64,000 nucleotides of DNA from an uncultured Alphaproteobacteria bacterium. GTDB taxonomy: Bacteria > Pseudomonadota > Alphaproteobacteria > Rhizobiales > Aestuariivirgaceae. Positions 16,053 to 26,558 of this stretch are shown here, in pieces; within the stretch, counting starts at the first letter, position 1, and the number at the start of each line of letters is the position of its first letter. The stretch covers positions 34,460 to 98,459 of the forward strand of contig CAVOYR010000002.1 of NCBI GenBank assembly GCA_963700735.1, in the 5' to 3' direction. The position numbers and the translations under genes are program-made. The notes under the pieces were generated by a model. That model made no database searches. It had not been told where the DNA came from and was given only the letters and a program-made list of their open reading frames with translations.

Positions 16053-17456
16053 ATGGCAATCAGAGCATTCCTGGGCAACAGTAGCGGCAACATCGCCATA
16101 TCGATGGCGCTGCTTGCCATTCCGTTGTTCGGAGTTGCCGGCATTGCCGTTGACTATGGTCAGAAGCTCACCGCCCAGGCCCGGTTGCAGGCTGCCATTG
16201 ATGCCGGAACGCTGGCAGGCGCCGCACTGTCGAACGCCACGGAGACGCGCATCGAGACCGCCATCCGCAAATCTGTCAAGGCTAACGGAACCGACCGCTA
16301 CCTCAGCGGCGATGACAGTCTGCAAATCGTTATCCGCGAGGATGGCGGCATTCGCGTCGTTGCGCAGGGCAGTGTCCCCACCACCTTGTCGCGCGTTCTG
16401 GGTATCGAGGAAATGCCGGTGAGCGCCATCGCGGAAGCCCGCCGTGGCGAGGCAGGCGCTGAAGTGGCACTGGTACTGGATAACACCAAGTCAATGGAAG
16501 GCACCAAGCTGGCCAACCTCAAGTCAGCGTCGACGTCCTTTGTATCCCGTCTTTCGCGCCTCAACACCACCGGCGAAGACAGGGTCAGGATCGCCATCGT
16601 ACCCTATGCCCAGTACGTCAATGTGGGCGTCGACAAGCGCAGCGAAACCTGGTTAGACGTCGGTGCCGACAAGCCGGTCGTCTGGCGCAACTGCCGCATT
16701 CCCGGTTCCGAGCGGCAGGAAACCTTCTCGGGCAATCGCGATGGCGTGAGCACCACGTGGTCCGACACCGTCTGGGACTACTACGACGAAACCGACCCGC
16801 GCTGCGTCGATCACACCTGGACCGAAACCTGGCAGGGTTGCGTCGGATCGCGCCCGGCACCGCACAATCTCGGAGACGGCTCATACGGCGTCCGGGTTCC
16901 AGGTATCGTCGACCGGCTCTGCCCCACGCCGATCACCGCCCTGACCCACGAGCAGTCGCAGCTCGACACGGCAATTGCCGCCATGACCACAGACAACTTC
17001 TGGAAGGACGGCGACACTTACATCCCGATCGGCCTGGCATGGGGTTGGAAAGCGCTGAGCTCCGCTGTCCCGTTCACGGAGGGTGTCGATGCTGCCACAG
17101 CCAGCTCTGAAGGAATTTCAAAGCATTTGGTGCTTATGACCGACGGCGTTAATACGCGCTCGCGCAACACCGGCACCGGTTCTGACCCGCACTTCAGCGC
17201 CTACCACGACGAAGCTGGTAGCTCCGCGGAAACCGAAGCAGATACCATTACTGCCAGCTTGTGCGAAAATATCAAGGCACAGGGCATCACCATCTACACC
17301 GTTGCGTTCCAGGTAGCTGACGCCGACACCGCCGCCCTGCTGCGCAATTGCGCAACCTCGCCGAATTATTATTTCGATGCTGGAAACGCCACCCAGTTGA
17401 CCAGCTCTTTCGAGGCAATTGCCGAGAAGGTCGCTGCCGTTCGTCTTTCAAAGTAA
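16053..17456 (+). CDS. TadG-like pseudopilin with vWA domain
   Basis: GNIA prepilin-like site and TM helix, LQAAIDAG, ALVLDNTKSM (MIDAS-like), LMTDG, IYTVAF; GGAGG RBS. Confidence 0.85.
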   Translation: MAIRAFLGNSSGNIAISMALLAIPLFGVAGIAVDYGQKLTAQARLQAAIDAGTLAGAALSNATETRIETAIRKSVKANGTDRYLSGDDSLQIVIREDGGIRVVAQGSVPTTLSRVLGIEEMPVSAIAEARRGEAGAEVALVLDNTKSMEGTKLANLKSASTSFVSRLSRLNTTGEDRVRIAIVPYAQYVNVGVDKRSETWLDVGADKPVVWRNCRIPGSERQETFSGNRDGVSTTWSDTVWDYYDETDPRCVDHTWTETWQGCVGSRPAPHNLGDGSYGVRVPGIVDRLCPTPITALTHEQSQLDTAIAAMTTDNFWKDGDTYIPIGLAWGWKALSSAVPFTEGVDAATASSEGISKHLVLMTDGVNTRSRNTGTGSDPHFSAYHDEAGSSAETEADTITASLCENIKAQGITIYTVAFQVADADTAALLRNCATSPNYYFDAGNATQLTSSFEAIAEKVAAVRLSK

Positions 17457-17466
17457 CGGATCCAAA

Positions 17467-18714
17467 ATGCTCAAACATCTGTCCCGCCAATTCATCTCCA
17501 GCACCTCTGGCAACGTAGCCATGATGGCAGCATTACTGGCAGTGCCCATGTTCGGTGTGGCAGGTATCGCGCTCGACGCCTATCGCCTAGGCGACGCGAA
17601 GGCAAGGTTGCAATCCGCCATCGATGCGGGAGCATTGGCTGGTGCTTCATCCACCTCGACCCGGCAAGACGACATCCGTAAAATTGTCCTGAAATTTGCC
17701 GCAGCCAACGGCACCCGCGATATCATAAGTGATCCATCCGGCATCATGATCGACATCCTCAGGGATGGTACCATCACGGTGCGCGCCGAAGGCAAGATGA
17801 ACACCACGCTGACCAGTTTGCTTGGATACACGACCATGGACGTGGTAGCCGAAACAACCGTCAAGTCACTATCGGGGGGAGCAGAAGTAGCGCTGGTTGT
17901 TGATACTACCGAATCAATGAACGCTGGAGGCCGCATAGGTGCCCTGCGCGCTGCCTCGCGCAAGTTTGTCTCGATCATCGAAAGCGTCAACAGTACAAGG
18001 GGCGATCATATCAAGGTGTCTTTGGTGCCGTACGCCGCCTACGTCAATGTTGGTACATTCAACAAGAACGCGAGTTGGCTCGGCACCGTTGACGAAACTG
18101 GCGGCAATGTCTGGCGAGGGTGCGTTGGGCCTCGCGAACACCCGAAGGATACCCAGGACAACGGTTATGGTGTTCGGATACCGCCGATGATGAACATCTA
18201 TTGTGCCAACGAGATCGAACCGCTCACAAGCGACGCCGCTCGCCTCAACAGCCGTATCGACGGCCTCGTTGCCAACGGGCTGACCTACATTCCCGGCGGG
18301 TTGATGTGGGGTTGGCGCACCCTGTCGGAATCTGCACCGTTCGCTGAAGGCGCTACAAAGGTCAAAGCCAAGGAGGACAACATCCACAAGGTCATCGTAC
18401 TGATGACTGACGGCCAGAACACGCTGGAAAAGGTACCGGGCACACCGGTGCTTAAGTACAATGGCGATTCCCACGGCAACTACGATACTGCGGTCGCCGA
18501 CGCACGCATGCTTGAAGTATGCGAGAACGTGAAAGACGATGGCGTTGAGGTCTACACCATTGGGTTCAAGCTGCAGGAACCGGACATGAAAGCCAAGCTC
18601 GAGCAATGCTCGTCGTCTCCGGAAAACTACTTTGACGCCAGTAGCGATGCCCAGCTTTCAGCCGCTTTCCAGTCCATCGCCAACAAGGTATCGGCCATTT
18701 ACCTGTCGAGATAA
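17467..18714 (+). CDS. second TadG-like vWA protein (tandem paralogue)
   Basis: Same architecture: GNVAMM, LQSAIDAG, ALVVDTTESM, LMTDGQN. Confidence 0.85.
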   Translation: MLKHLSRQFISSTSGNVAMMAALLAVPMFGVAGIALDAYRLGDAKARLQSAIDAGALAGASSTSTRQDDIRKIVLKFAAANGTRDIISDPSGIMIDILRDGTITVRAEGKMNTTLTSLLGYTTMDVVAETTVKSLSGGAEVALVVDTTESMNAGGRIGALRAASRKFVSIIESVNSTRGDHIKVSLVPYAAYVNVGTFNKNASWLGTVDETGGNVWRGCVGPREHPKDTQDNGYGVRIPPMMNIYCANEIEPLTSDAARLNSRIDGLVANGLTYIPGGLMWGWRTLSESAPFAEGATKVKAKEDNIHKVIVLMTDGQNTLEKVPGTPVLKYNGDSHGNYDTAVADARMLEVCENVKDDGVEVYTIGFKLQEPDMKAKLEQCSSSPENYFDASSDAQLSAAFQSIANKVSAIYLSR

Positions 18715-18808
18715 CCGGCACGCCTGCATGACGCAGCATTGACACGGCTGATACGGGCAAATCACTGTGCCGCCTCGTGATCCTGCCAGCAGATCAAAGG
18801 CGCTATCG

Positions 18809-20125
18809 ATGCACAACCAGCTTCCGGCATTTCTGGCAAGGCGGATCGACACCGCCGGACCGGTCCGCGTCGGAATGATCGGCGCCGGCAAGTTCGGCTC
18901 GATGTTCCTCAACCAGGTGCCGTTCTCGCCACACCTCACCGTCGTCGCCATCGCCGACCTTGATGTCGCGCGCGCCCGCACCGCCTGCCGCACCGTTGGC
19001 TGGAGCGAGGAGCGCATCTCTGCCACCCGCTTCACCGATGACAGCATGTCGGTTATTGCCGACCCCTCTGTCGAGGTGGTTCTGGAAATCACCGGCTCGC
19101 CCGCCGCAGGCTGTGCCCATGCCCTCGCCGCCGCCGATCACGGCAAGCACATCGTCATGGTCAACGTAGAGGCCGACGTGCTGGCAGGCCCGGTGCTTGC
19201 CGCCGCCCACCGCAAGGCAGGCACCGTCTACTCCATGGCCTCGGGCGACCAACCGTCGCTTGTGTGCGAGATCGTCGACTGGGCGCGCACCTGCGGCCTC
19301 GAGGTCGTGTGCGCCGGCAAGGGCACCCGCTACCAGCCCGGCTTCCACGACGTGACGCCTGACGGTGTCTGGGACCACTATGGCCTGACCGCCTCACAGG
19401 CAGCCGCCGCCGGCATGAATTCGCAGATGTTCAACTCCTTCCTTGACGGCACCAAGTCGGCCATCGAGATGGCAGCCATTGCCAACGCCTGCGGCCTGGA
19501 TGCGCCGGAAGACGGCCTCAAGTTCCCCGCCGTCGACGTCCACAACCTGCAGAACGTGCTGATCCCTGAAGCTGACGGCGGCCTGCTACACCACGCCGGC
19601 ATGGTCGAGGTCGTCGCCTCCGAACGCCGCGGCGAGAAGACCGAGATGCCAAACCACCTGCGCTGGGGTGTCTATGCCGTGTTCAAGGCGCCAAACGAGT
19701 ATGCCCGCGCCTGCTTTGCCCAGTACGGCCTGGTCACCGACAAGACCGGCTGGTACGCCGCCCTCTACCGCCCCTACCACCTGATCGGCCTGGAACTCGG
19801 CCTGTCTGCCAGCAACGCGGTCATCCGCGGCGAGCCAACCGGCACCACGGCCGAATGGCGCGGCGATGTGGTAGCCGTCGCAAAGAAAGACCTCAAACCG
19901 GGCGACCGGCTGGACGGCGAAGGCGGCTTCTGCGCCTGGGGCCGGCTCATGCCGGCCGCCTCGTCGCGCGCCCGGCGCGGCCTGCCCATCGGCCTCGCCC
20001 ACGGCGTCGATGTCATCCGCCCCGTCGCCCACGGCAGCATCATAACTTACGACGATGTCGGCGTTCTGCCGGACAACGCTGCCGCGCGCTGCCGCCAGCA
20101 ACTGGAGAATTCTGCGGATTTCTGA
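18809..20125 (+). CDS. homoserine-dehydrogenase-like NAD(P) oxidoreductase with SAF domain
   Basis: GMIGAGKFG, VNVEADVLAG, SFLDGTKSAIEM, C-terminal AVAKKDLKPGDRLDGEGG. Confidence 0.88.
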   Translation: MHNQLPAFLARRIDTAGPVRVGMIGAGKFGSMFLNQVPFSPHLTVVAIADLDVARARTACRTVGWSEERISATRFTDDSMSVIADPSVEVVLEITGSPAAGCAHALAAADHGKHIVMVNVEADVLAGPVLAAAHRKAGTVYSMASGDQPSLVCEIVDWARTCGLEVVCAGKGTRYQPGFHDVTPDGVWDHYGLTASQAAAAGMNSQMFNSFLDGTKSAIEMAAIANACGLDAPEDGLKFPAVDVHNLQNVLIPEADGGLLHHAGMVEVVASERRGEKTEMPNHLRWGVYAVFKAPNEYARACFAQYGLVTDKTGWYAALYRPYHLIGLELGLSASNAVIRGEPTGTTAEWRGDVVAVAKKDLKPGDRLDGEGGFCAWGRLMPAASSRARRGLPIGLAHGVDVIRPVAHGSIITYDDVGVLPDNAAARCRQQLENSADF

Positions 20126-20143
20126 TCCAACCCGTTGAATCCG

Positions 20144-20160
20144 TTAACCTTTCATTAACC
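20144..20160 (+). promoter_or_regulatory. CtrA box TTAA-N7-TTAA
   Basis: TTAACCTTTCATTAACC, an exact match, intergenic. Confidence 0.7.
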
Positions 20161-20281
20161 ATATCGCCACCGGTTTGTCACAAAATGACCGCCTGACCGG
20201 CACCGTTGCGCACATCTTGTGCCGCATTCATCGTGTTTTGTGAGGGGCTAGAGGGGTCCGACAACCCGGGACGACGGAAAC

Positions 20282-20491
20282 ATGACAGACAAGCCGAATT
20301 TTGAAACTGGCGAGACCTATGGCTTCGGTGCCACCGCACCGCATTCCAGCCGGACCTTGCGCCGCCGCACCAACGGGCTGTTGTCGATACTGGCGCTTGC
20401 GCTGGTCTTCGCGCTTGCCGCCACTGTCATCACCGTCATGCCGGCGTCCACCTCGGCTGCCGTCAGTGCGATCGACCCGCTGCTGCGCTGA
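20282..20491 (+). CDS. 69-aa membrane-anchored hypothetical protein
   Basis: Basic RRR followed by a hydrophobic helix; lies downstream of the CtrA box. Confidence 0.55.
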   Translation: MTDKPNFETGETYGFGATAPHSSRTLRRRTNGLLSILALALVFALAATVITVMPASTSAAVSAIDPLLR

Positions 20492-20585
20492 GCGCCCTGA
20501 AACATCTGCCATACTGAAAAGACCGGCACCTCTTGAGTTGAGATGCCGGCTTTGCATTTCTTTGCTAAGGCGTTGGGGTGCCGGG

Positions 20586-21023
20586 TCAGTTCGGCCCACC
20601 GGCGGAACCACCGGACCCGCCGCCGTTGCCACCGCCGTTGCCGCCGCCATTGCCACCGCCGTGGCCACCAATCATGCCGGGAAATTCCGTGCGGCCACCA
20701 AAGTTCTGACGCTTGGCAGGCGAGTTGGCTTTCTCGACGCTGAACAGCTCAGGCACCTGGTCACCCGGCGGAGGCGGCGGCGGAGGAGGAGGAATATGGG
20801 CGCGGCGGCGGCTGGGGTCGCCCTGGCAAGCATAGACGTCCCGCGAGCTCAGGAACACCCGGCCGTGAATGCCGGCGCACATGCGCTTGGCTTCGCGGAA
20901 GGACACCGTTTCACCGTAATAGATTGTCTTGGCCTCGGCCGGTACGGAACCGGTGGAGCCAAGCATCACCACACCGGCAGCCAGGGCCAACGCGGACGAC
21001 GACAACTTGATCATGTAGGTCAT
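20586..21023 (-). CDS. secreted Pro/Gly-rich hypothetical protein
   Basis: AGAGGA RBS, signal peptide, two Cys, poly-Pro run, GGGN repeat tail. Confidence 0.6.
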   Translation of the reverse strand: MTYMIKLSSSALALAAGVVMLGSTGSVPAEAKTIYYGETVSFREAKRMCAGIHGRVFLSSRDVYACQGDPSRRRAHIPPPPPPPPPGDQVPELFSVEKANSPAKRQNFGGRTEFPGMIGGHGGGNGGGNGGGNGGGSGGSAGGPN

Positions 21024-21183
21024 TTGGTTTTTTCCTCTTTGTGACAGACCCCTCCTTGGAGAGGGCTGGAACAGGACGAACAAACATCCTGTTGCGATTG
21101 AGGAGAGCCTAGCCCGGTCAGGGTGCCGGCGATGTGCAGTCGGTCACATGCCAATCACTGGCGCGTGATGGTCGAAGCGGGCG

Positions 21184-22161
21184 CTATTGCCAGTAGGCGT
21201 CCGCAAGCCGCACGTACTCAGCCGTATTGCTGGTCAGCAACGACGTGTCCTTGTTGCCATAGGTGAGATGCACCAGGTCGTTGATCAGTTCGGCCCGCTT
21301 GATGCCTTCAGGATATCCGTTGAACACGTCCATAATGCTGCGCTTCTGCGCATCGACGTGGATCAGCGCGGCGAAGCTGCGCGGTGCCTCGCGCGGATCA
21401 TACCCGGCGGCCACGAAGTAGCTGAAGCCGATCCGGTCCGCCTCTTCTTCCTGCGCGCGGGTGTAGCTGCTCAGGCTGGTATCGGCCAGCGCCTTGACCC
21501 CGTCGCTCAGCCACGGCACGCCCAGCTTGTCCGAGAAAATGCGCTTGCCGAATGCGGTCACCTGCCGGTTGATCGACTGCCCGTCCTGGCCCTTGACCAC
21601 GTGGGTTGCCCGGTTGTGCGCCATCTCGTGCGCCAGCACCATGGCAATTTGTGCCTCGGTGCGCAGCCGGCGAACGATGCCCGTGGTGACGAAGATGTGC
21701 CCGCCGCCGGGCGTGAACGCGTTGGCGTGCGGGCTGTCGATCAGGTAAACACGATAGAACAACGCGCTCACGCCATGCTCGGCCGTGGCCTGCAATCGCC
21801 CGACGATGACGTTAAGGTAATCTTCCAGCTCGCGGTCCTGCGACCGGGTCATCATGCCGAGCGCACGCTTGGCCAGTTCATCGCCCATGCGCTGCTGCCG
21901 GTCCAGTTCGGAGTTGGCGGCCGGCTGGATGGCATGCTTGCCGCTACGGTCAGCGCTAAGATCCAGCCGCGCGCCCGCATCGCCCGCATCTAGCAGGCCC
22001 GTCTGGCTGCAGGCGGCCAGCGGCAGCAATACCGCCGCAGTCGCCAAAGCCCCAACTGCTGATCTGAATGTCACGTCGCCAAGCCATTGTTCGTGTGTCC
22101 GAAGACAGCGCCCAGTCACCGTTCCGGAGCAAACTTTACCGTGCATGGCCGGTTCGCTCAA
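21184..22161 (-). CDS. M48 family metallopeptidase lipoprotein (true start probably further 3')
   Basis: LAAC lipobox, NAFTPGG, LAHEMAH (HEXXH), EEEADRIG. Confidence 0.85.
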   Translation of the reverse strand: MSEPAMHGKVCSGTVTGRCLRTHEQWLGDVTFRSAVGALATAAVLLPLAACSQTGLLDAGDAGARLDLSADRSGKHAIQPAANSELDRQQRMGDELAKRALGMMTRSQDRELEDYLNVIVGRLQATAEHGVSALFYRVYLIDSPHANAFTPGGGHIFVTTGIVRRLRTEAQIAMVLAHEMAHNRATHVVKGQDGQSINRQVTAFGKRIFSDKLGVPWLSDGVKALADTSLSSYTRAQEEEADRIGFSYFVAAGYDPREAPRSFAALIHVDAQKRSIMDVFNGYPEGIKRAELINDLVHLTYGNKDTSLLTSNTAEYVRLADAYWQ

Positions 22162-22365
22162 CCATCAATCATGCACGCCGCGCGTACAGAATGCTGCCAG
22201 CCATCCCACACAATTGCGTGACGGGCCGCTCACAGGGGCTGGCCCTTCGCACCTGCACACGCTAGTCTTGCAGCAACGCTCAGGCCGCGCCCTGACATGA
22301 AACTGTTTCGCACCCGGTGCCGTTACTGGCCGTGTGCCGCACATTCTCTCAAGGAGTTGACACAG

Positions 22366-22893
22366 ATGCGCTTCGCCACCCTTTCAGTTGCCGCCGCTCT
22401 TGCCCTGTCCGCAACCGCACTGACCGCCCATGCAGCCGGCTCCGACACCTCCTCCTCGACGCCCACCTGCAAGAAGGGCTATGTCTATTCGTCGGCCAAG
22501 AAGAAGTGCGTCAGGAAGACGTCTTCGGTCATCCCGCAGGACTCCATCAAGTCGCAAGGCTGGGCGCTGGCACGTGAAGGCCGCTACGAGGACGCCATCG
22601 CGATGTTCCGGCTTGCCGCCAACCAGAACGACCCCGAAGTGCTGAACGGCCTTGGCTTCAGCCACCGCAAGCTCGGCAAGGTCGAACAGGGCGTTGCCTT
22701 TTACGCCAAGGCCCTTGAAGCCAACCCGGATTACATCCTCGCCCGCGAATATCTCGGCGAAGGCTACGTCGTGCTCGGCAAGCTGAACCTCGCGAAGGTG
22801 CAACTTGACGAGATCGGCAACCGCTGCGGCACGGCCTGCGAGGAGTACATGCTGCTCGCCCGCGCCATCGACACCGGCAAGCCGAACTACTGA
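22366..22893 (+). CDS. secreted TPR protein
   Basis: AAGGAG RBS, signal peptide, NGLGFSHRKLG..AREYLGEGY TPRs, paired Cys. Confidence 0.85.
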   Translation: MRFATLSVAAALALSATALTAHAAGSDTSSSTPTCKKGYVYSSAKKKCVRKTSSVIPQDSIKSQGWALAREGRYEDAIAMFRLAANQNDPEVLNGLGFSHRKLGKVEQGVAFYAKALEANPDYILAREYLGEGYVVLGKLNLAKVQLDEIGNRCGTACEEYMLLARAIDTGKPNY

Positions 22894-22909
22894 TCAGCCG
22901 GGGTACCGC

Positions 22910-23422
22910 GTGAAATGGTTCGCCATCGGAATTGCCGCGATCCTCGTGATCGCGGCAGCTGTGCTTTTGCTGGCCGGTGAGCGCGTCTGGACAACCATCG
23001 CAGGCCCCGCCGACCAGGGCAGCGTGGACTTCGCCACCCTCACCCTGAAGGACACGCCCAACCAGTTCCTGATGTGCCCGCCCACTCGCTGTGCCGCGCA
23101 GGCCGACGCAGTGGCGCCAACCTTCGCGGTACCCGAATCCACCCTGCGCCAGTCCCTCATCACCACCTGGAGCGCCATGCCCCGCACCCGCCTGACCGCC
23201 GGCACCGCTGACCCTGCGTCGGGCGAAATCCGCTTCGTGCAAACCTCCACTGTCTTCGGCTTTCCCGACACCATCTCGGTCGCCACCTGGGCGACGGATG
23301 ATGGTACAGGCTCGACGCTCGCCGTCTACAGCCGCAGCCTGGTGGGTGAATCAGACCTTGGTGCCAACCGGCAGCGGATCACGCAGTGGTTATCCGCCCT
23401 GCCCGGATTGCCAACACAATGA
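22910..23422 (+). CDS. DUF1499 domain protein
   Basis: GTG start, N-terminal TM, PNQFLMCP, FGFPDTI, YSRSLVGESDLGANRQR. Confidence 0.85.
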   Translation: MKWFAIGIAAILVIAAAVLLLAGERVWTTIAGPADQGSVDFATLTLKDTPNQFLMCPPTRCAAQADAVAPTFAVPESTLRQSLITTWSAMPRTRLTAGTADPASGEIRFVQTSTVFGFPDTISVATWATDDGTGSTLAVYSRSLVGESDLGANRQRITQWLSALPGLPTQ

Positions 23423-23547
23423 CGTATTGCGACCCCGATCACGTCGCAAATCAGTCCTACTCCTAACAATGCCTTAACCACGTTCGCGCCATACTGCCCA
23501 GTCAGGACCGCGTAGCGTGGTGATGAATGAAGTGTGGGGGTTTGCAG

Positions 23548-24372
23548 ATGAAAAACATGATGGTCAGGTATGCCTTGCTGGCCGGTCTCGGTGTGCTCCC
23601 GGTGCTGGGCATGATGCCGGTTACAGCGACCGCCGATCCATTCAACATCGACACCATCGACCGCTGGCTGCGCAACAATGGCGGCTATTCACGCCAGCCC
23701 ATCCCGCAGGAACAGGCCACCGGGTCGGTCTCTCCCACCAACGCCAACCCCTACGGCAGCAGGCCGCAAGGCCAGCCCCTGCCCCCTGCCAGCACTTACG
23801 AGCCGCAAGCGGACCAGCAGGCAGCGCAGCCGCGCCCGCCGCTTGAAAGCCCCGTCGATTTCCCCATCACCCGGGTGCCGGACAACCAGATCAAGCCGCA
23901 GTTCCGCCGCCAGCTGGTGCGGTATGACGGCCCCGAGCAGCCTGGCACCATCGTCATCGATACCCGCAACCGGCACCTCTATCTCGTGCGCGGCAACGGC
24001 GAAGCTTTGCGCTTCGGCGTGGGCGTCGGGCGGGACGGTTTCCGCTGGCAGGGCGAGGCCTATATCGGCCGCAAGGCGCGCTGGCCACGCTGGACGCCGC
24101 CTGCCGAAATGGTTGCCCGTGATCCCGAGGCTGCCCCATGGGCCAACGGCATGCCCGGCGGACCGGACAACCCGCTGGGTGCGCGCGCGCTCTACCTGTT
24201 CGACATGACCGGCCAGGACACGCTGTACCGCATCCACGGCACCAACGATCCCTCCTCGATCGGCAAGGCCATGTCGTCAGGCTGCATCCGCATGCTCAAC
24301 CAGGACATCGACGAACTGCACCGCCGCGTGCTGAAGGGTGCCCGCGTCGTGGTGCTGAACCACGGCACCTGA
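23548..24372 (+). CDS. L,D-transpeptidase (YkuD)
   Basis: WPRWTPP, GGPDNPLGARALYL, YRIHGT..SSGCIRM. Confidence 0.93.
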   Translation: MKNMMVRYALLAGLGVLPVLGMMPVTATADPFNIDTIDRWLRNNGGYSRQPIPQEQATGSVSPTNANPYGSRPQGQPLPPASTYEPQADQQAAQPRPPLESPVDFPITRVPDNQIKPQFRRQLVRYDGPEQPGTIVIDTRNRHLYLVRGNGEALRFGVGVGRDGFRWQGEAYIGRKARWPRWTPPAEMVARDPEAAPWANGMPGGPDNPLGARALYLFDMTGQDTLYRIHGTNDPSSIGKAMSSGCIRMLNQDIDELHRRVLKGARVVVLNHGT

Positions 24373-24378
24373 CCCCGC

Positions 24379-25311
24379 TCAGGTCTTGATGCCCGTGCCG
24401 GACTGACCGGCCGGCACCGCCTTGCGCTTGCGGTTCACCAGCACGATGCCGGCGCACACCAGCGCCAGCGCGCCGACGAACGACCAGGTGATGTTCTCAC
24501 CCAGGATCAGCCAGCCGAACGCCACCCCGAACAGCGGCGTCAGGAACCCATACGACGCCATGTCGGAGGCAGGGTAGACGGCCAGCACGCGGAACCACAT
24601 CAGGAAGCCGAACGCCACCACCACCAGCACCTGGAAGGCGAACATCGCCCCGATCTCCATGGTGAACTCGCGCACCATCGGCCCCGACAGCGCCGCCACC
24701 GGCAGCAGGATCACGCTCGACACCGCAAGCTGGTAGACGAGTTGCATTTCCGGTGACGACTGCGACAGCTTCGTCAACCGCGCCGTCAGCGCGATGCCCG
24801 CCCAGCACATGGCCCCGGCGATGCACAGCAGGTCGCCGAACAGCGCGTATTGCGTGGCCGGGTGTTCGTTGTGCGCCAGCGCCCAGCCAACCCCGGTCAT
24901 CGCCAGCACCAGGCCTGCGGTGCGCAGCACAGTCAGCTGCTCACCCGGAATGAGGAAGTGCGCCACCACTGCCAGCCAGAACGGCATGGTGTAGAACAGC
25001 ATGGTGGCCCGCGCGACCGAGGTATAGTCGAAGGCCGAGAACATCATCATGAACTCGATCGAGAACAGGCTGCCGCACAGGATGCCCGGCAACAGGCTGC
25101 CGTCGCTGACCGACAGCCGCTTGCGCGCCCACCACGCATACAGCAGCACCGGCCCCAGCGCGCAAGCAGACCGCAAGCCCGCCTGCGCAATCGGGGCAAG
25201 CCCTGCGTTGACCAGCTTCACCAGCACCTGGTTGATGCCCATCAGCCCGGCGAACAGCACCAGCCAGAAACCGCCGGCCAGGTCGATCCGGTCCTTGCGC
25301 GCATTGCTCAC
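24379..25311 (-). CDS. DMT/EamA transporter
   Basis: About ten TM helices, two EamA repeats (FLIPGEQL, WLILGENI). Confidence 0.88.
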   Translation of the reverse strand: MSNARKDRIDLAGGFWLVLFAGLMGINQVLVKLVNAGLAPIAQAGLRSACALGPVLLYAWWARKRLSVSDGSLLPGILCGSLFSIEFMMMFSAFDYTSVARATMLFYTMPFWLAVVAHFLIPGEQLTVLRTAGLVLAMTGVGWALAHNEHPATQYALFGDLLCIAGAMCWAGIALTARLTKLSQSSPEMQLVYQLAVSSVILLPVAALSGPMVREFTMEIGAMFAFQVLVVVAFGFLMWFRVLAVYPASDMASYGFLTPLFGVAFGWLILGENITWSFVGALALVCAGIVLVNRKRKAVPAGQSGTGIKT

Positions 25312-26534
25312 CGGCTGAACACTCCTACCATTTCCACGTGTGCCGAATAGCGGAACTGGTCCACCGGCACTACCCGCTCCAGCCTGAAGCCGCCCTCCAC
25401 CAGGATGGCCGCATCGCGCGCAAACGTACCCGCATCACACGAAACGCCAACCACCGTGCGCACGCCGGCTGCCGCCACGATCTCGCGGGCTTGCGCGGAA
25501 GCGCCAGCGCGTGGCGGGTCAAACACCACGCCGGTCACGCCCTTCAGCTCGGGCCCGGTTACCGGATCGCGCATCAGGTCCCGCGTCCGCGCGATCACCG
25601 GTTTCAAGCCTTGCGTTGCCCGCACAGCGTGTTCAAGCGCCATCACCGACGGCTTGTGGGAATCCATCGCCAGCACCCGTGACTGCCGCGCCAGCCGCAG
25701 GGCAAACGTGCCCCAGCCGCAAAACAGGTCCGCCACAATGTCATGGCCGGCAAGCCCGGAAATCACCATCCCCGCCAGCGCCTCTTCACCCGCCTTGGTC
25801 GCCTGTGCAAACCCGCCCGGCGGTGGCGTCACGCTGGCCCCGCCTGCCTCCAGCAGCGGGTGCCGGCGCTCGAACACGATCTCTCCCGACGCCGTCAGCC
25901 GCGCAAGGTCATGCGCCTCGGCCACGTCCGCCAGTTTCACCCGTGCGTCCATCGACGGGTCATCGACGCCCACAAGTTCACAGTCCAGCCCCGTGTCACT
26001 GGCCAGCACATGCACCTTCTGCTGCTTGCGCGACCCCAGCGCCCGGGCCAGTTCTGCCGCCAGCGCAGGCGCTCCTTGCAAGGCTGGCACCAACACCGGG
26101 CAACTGTCGACCGGCACAAGCTCATGACTGCGATGGGCGACGAACCCGGCCTTGCCCCGCTCCACCGTCAGCGTCACCCGCCGCCGGCCAGCGCCATGCG
26201 CATCCACGAGGCCTGCAATCTCGACCTTGCCCAGCCCGCGCCGGACAAGCTCGTTGCCCACCATCGCCTGCTTCCAGGTTGCATAGGGCGCATGCTGCCA
26301 GTGCTGCACCTGGCAACCGCCACAACTGCCAAAGAATTTGCACACTGGCTCGATGCGCTCCGGCGACGGCGTGACCAGTTTGACCAGCCGCGCGCGCGCA
26401 CCCTCCACCGTCGCCTCGACCTGCTCGCCGGGCAGCGTGTACGGCACGTACAGCGGCTCACCGTCGCGGCCCCGCGCCACGCCTTCACCGCGTGCACCCA
26501 TGTCGATGATCGATAGTTCAGCCAATGCTGCCAC
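25308..26534 (-). CDS. RNA m5U methyltransferase (RlmD/TrmA family)
   Basis: CKFFGSCGGCQVQH Fe-S motif, FAQ, DLFCGWG, DPPRAG, VSC, DQFRYSAHVE. Confidence 0.9.
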   Translation of the reverse strand: MAALAELSIIDMGARGEGVARGRDGEPLYVPYTLPGEQVEATVEGARARLVKLVTPSPERIEPVCKFFGSCGGCQVQHWQHAPYATWKQAMVGNELVRRGLGKVEIAGLVDAHGAGRRRVTLTVERGKAGFVAHRSHELVPVDSCPVLVPALQGAPALAAELARALGSRKQQKVHVLASDTGLDCELVGVDDPSMDARVKLADVAEAHDLARLTASGEIVFERRHPLLEAGGASVTPPPGGFAQATKAGEEALAGMVISGLAGHDIVADLFCGWGTFALRLARQSRVLAMDSHKPSVMALEHAVRATQGLKPVIARTRDLMRDPVTGPELKGVTGVVFDPPRAGASAQAREIVAAAGVRTVVGVSCDAGTFARDAAILVEGGFRLERVVPVDQFRYSAHVEMVGVFSR

Positions 26535-26558
26535 CCCGGTGTGTTCCGCCCGCGCCTG

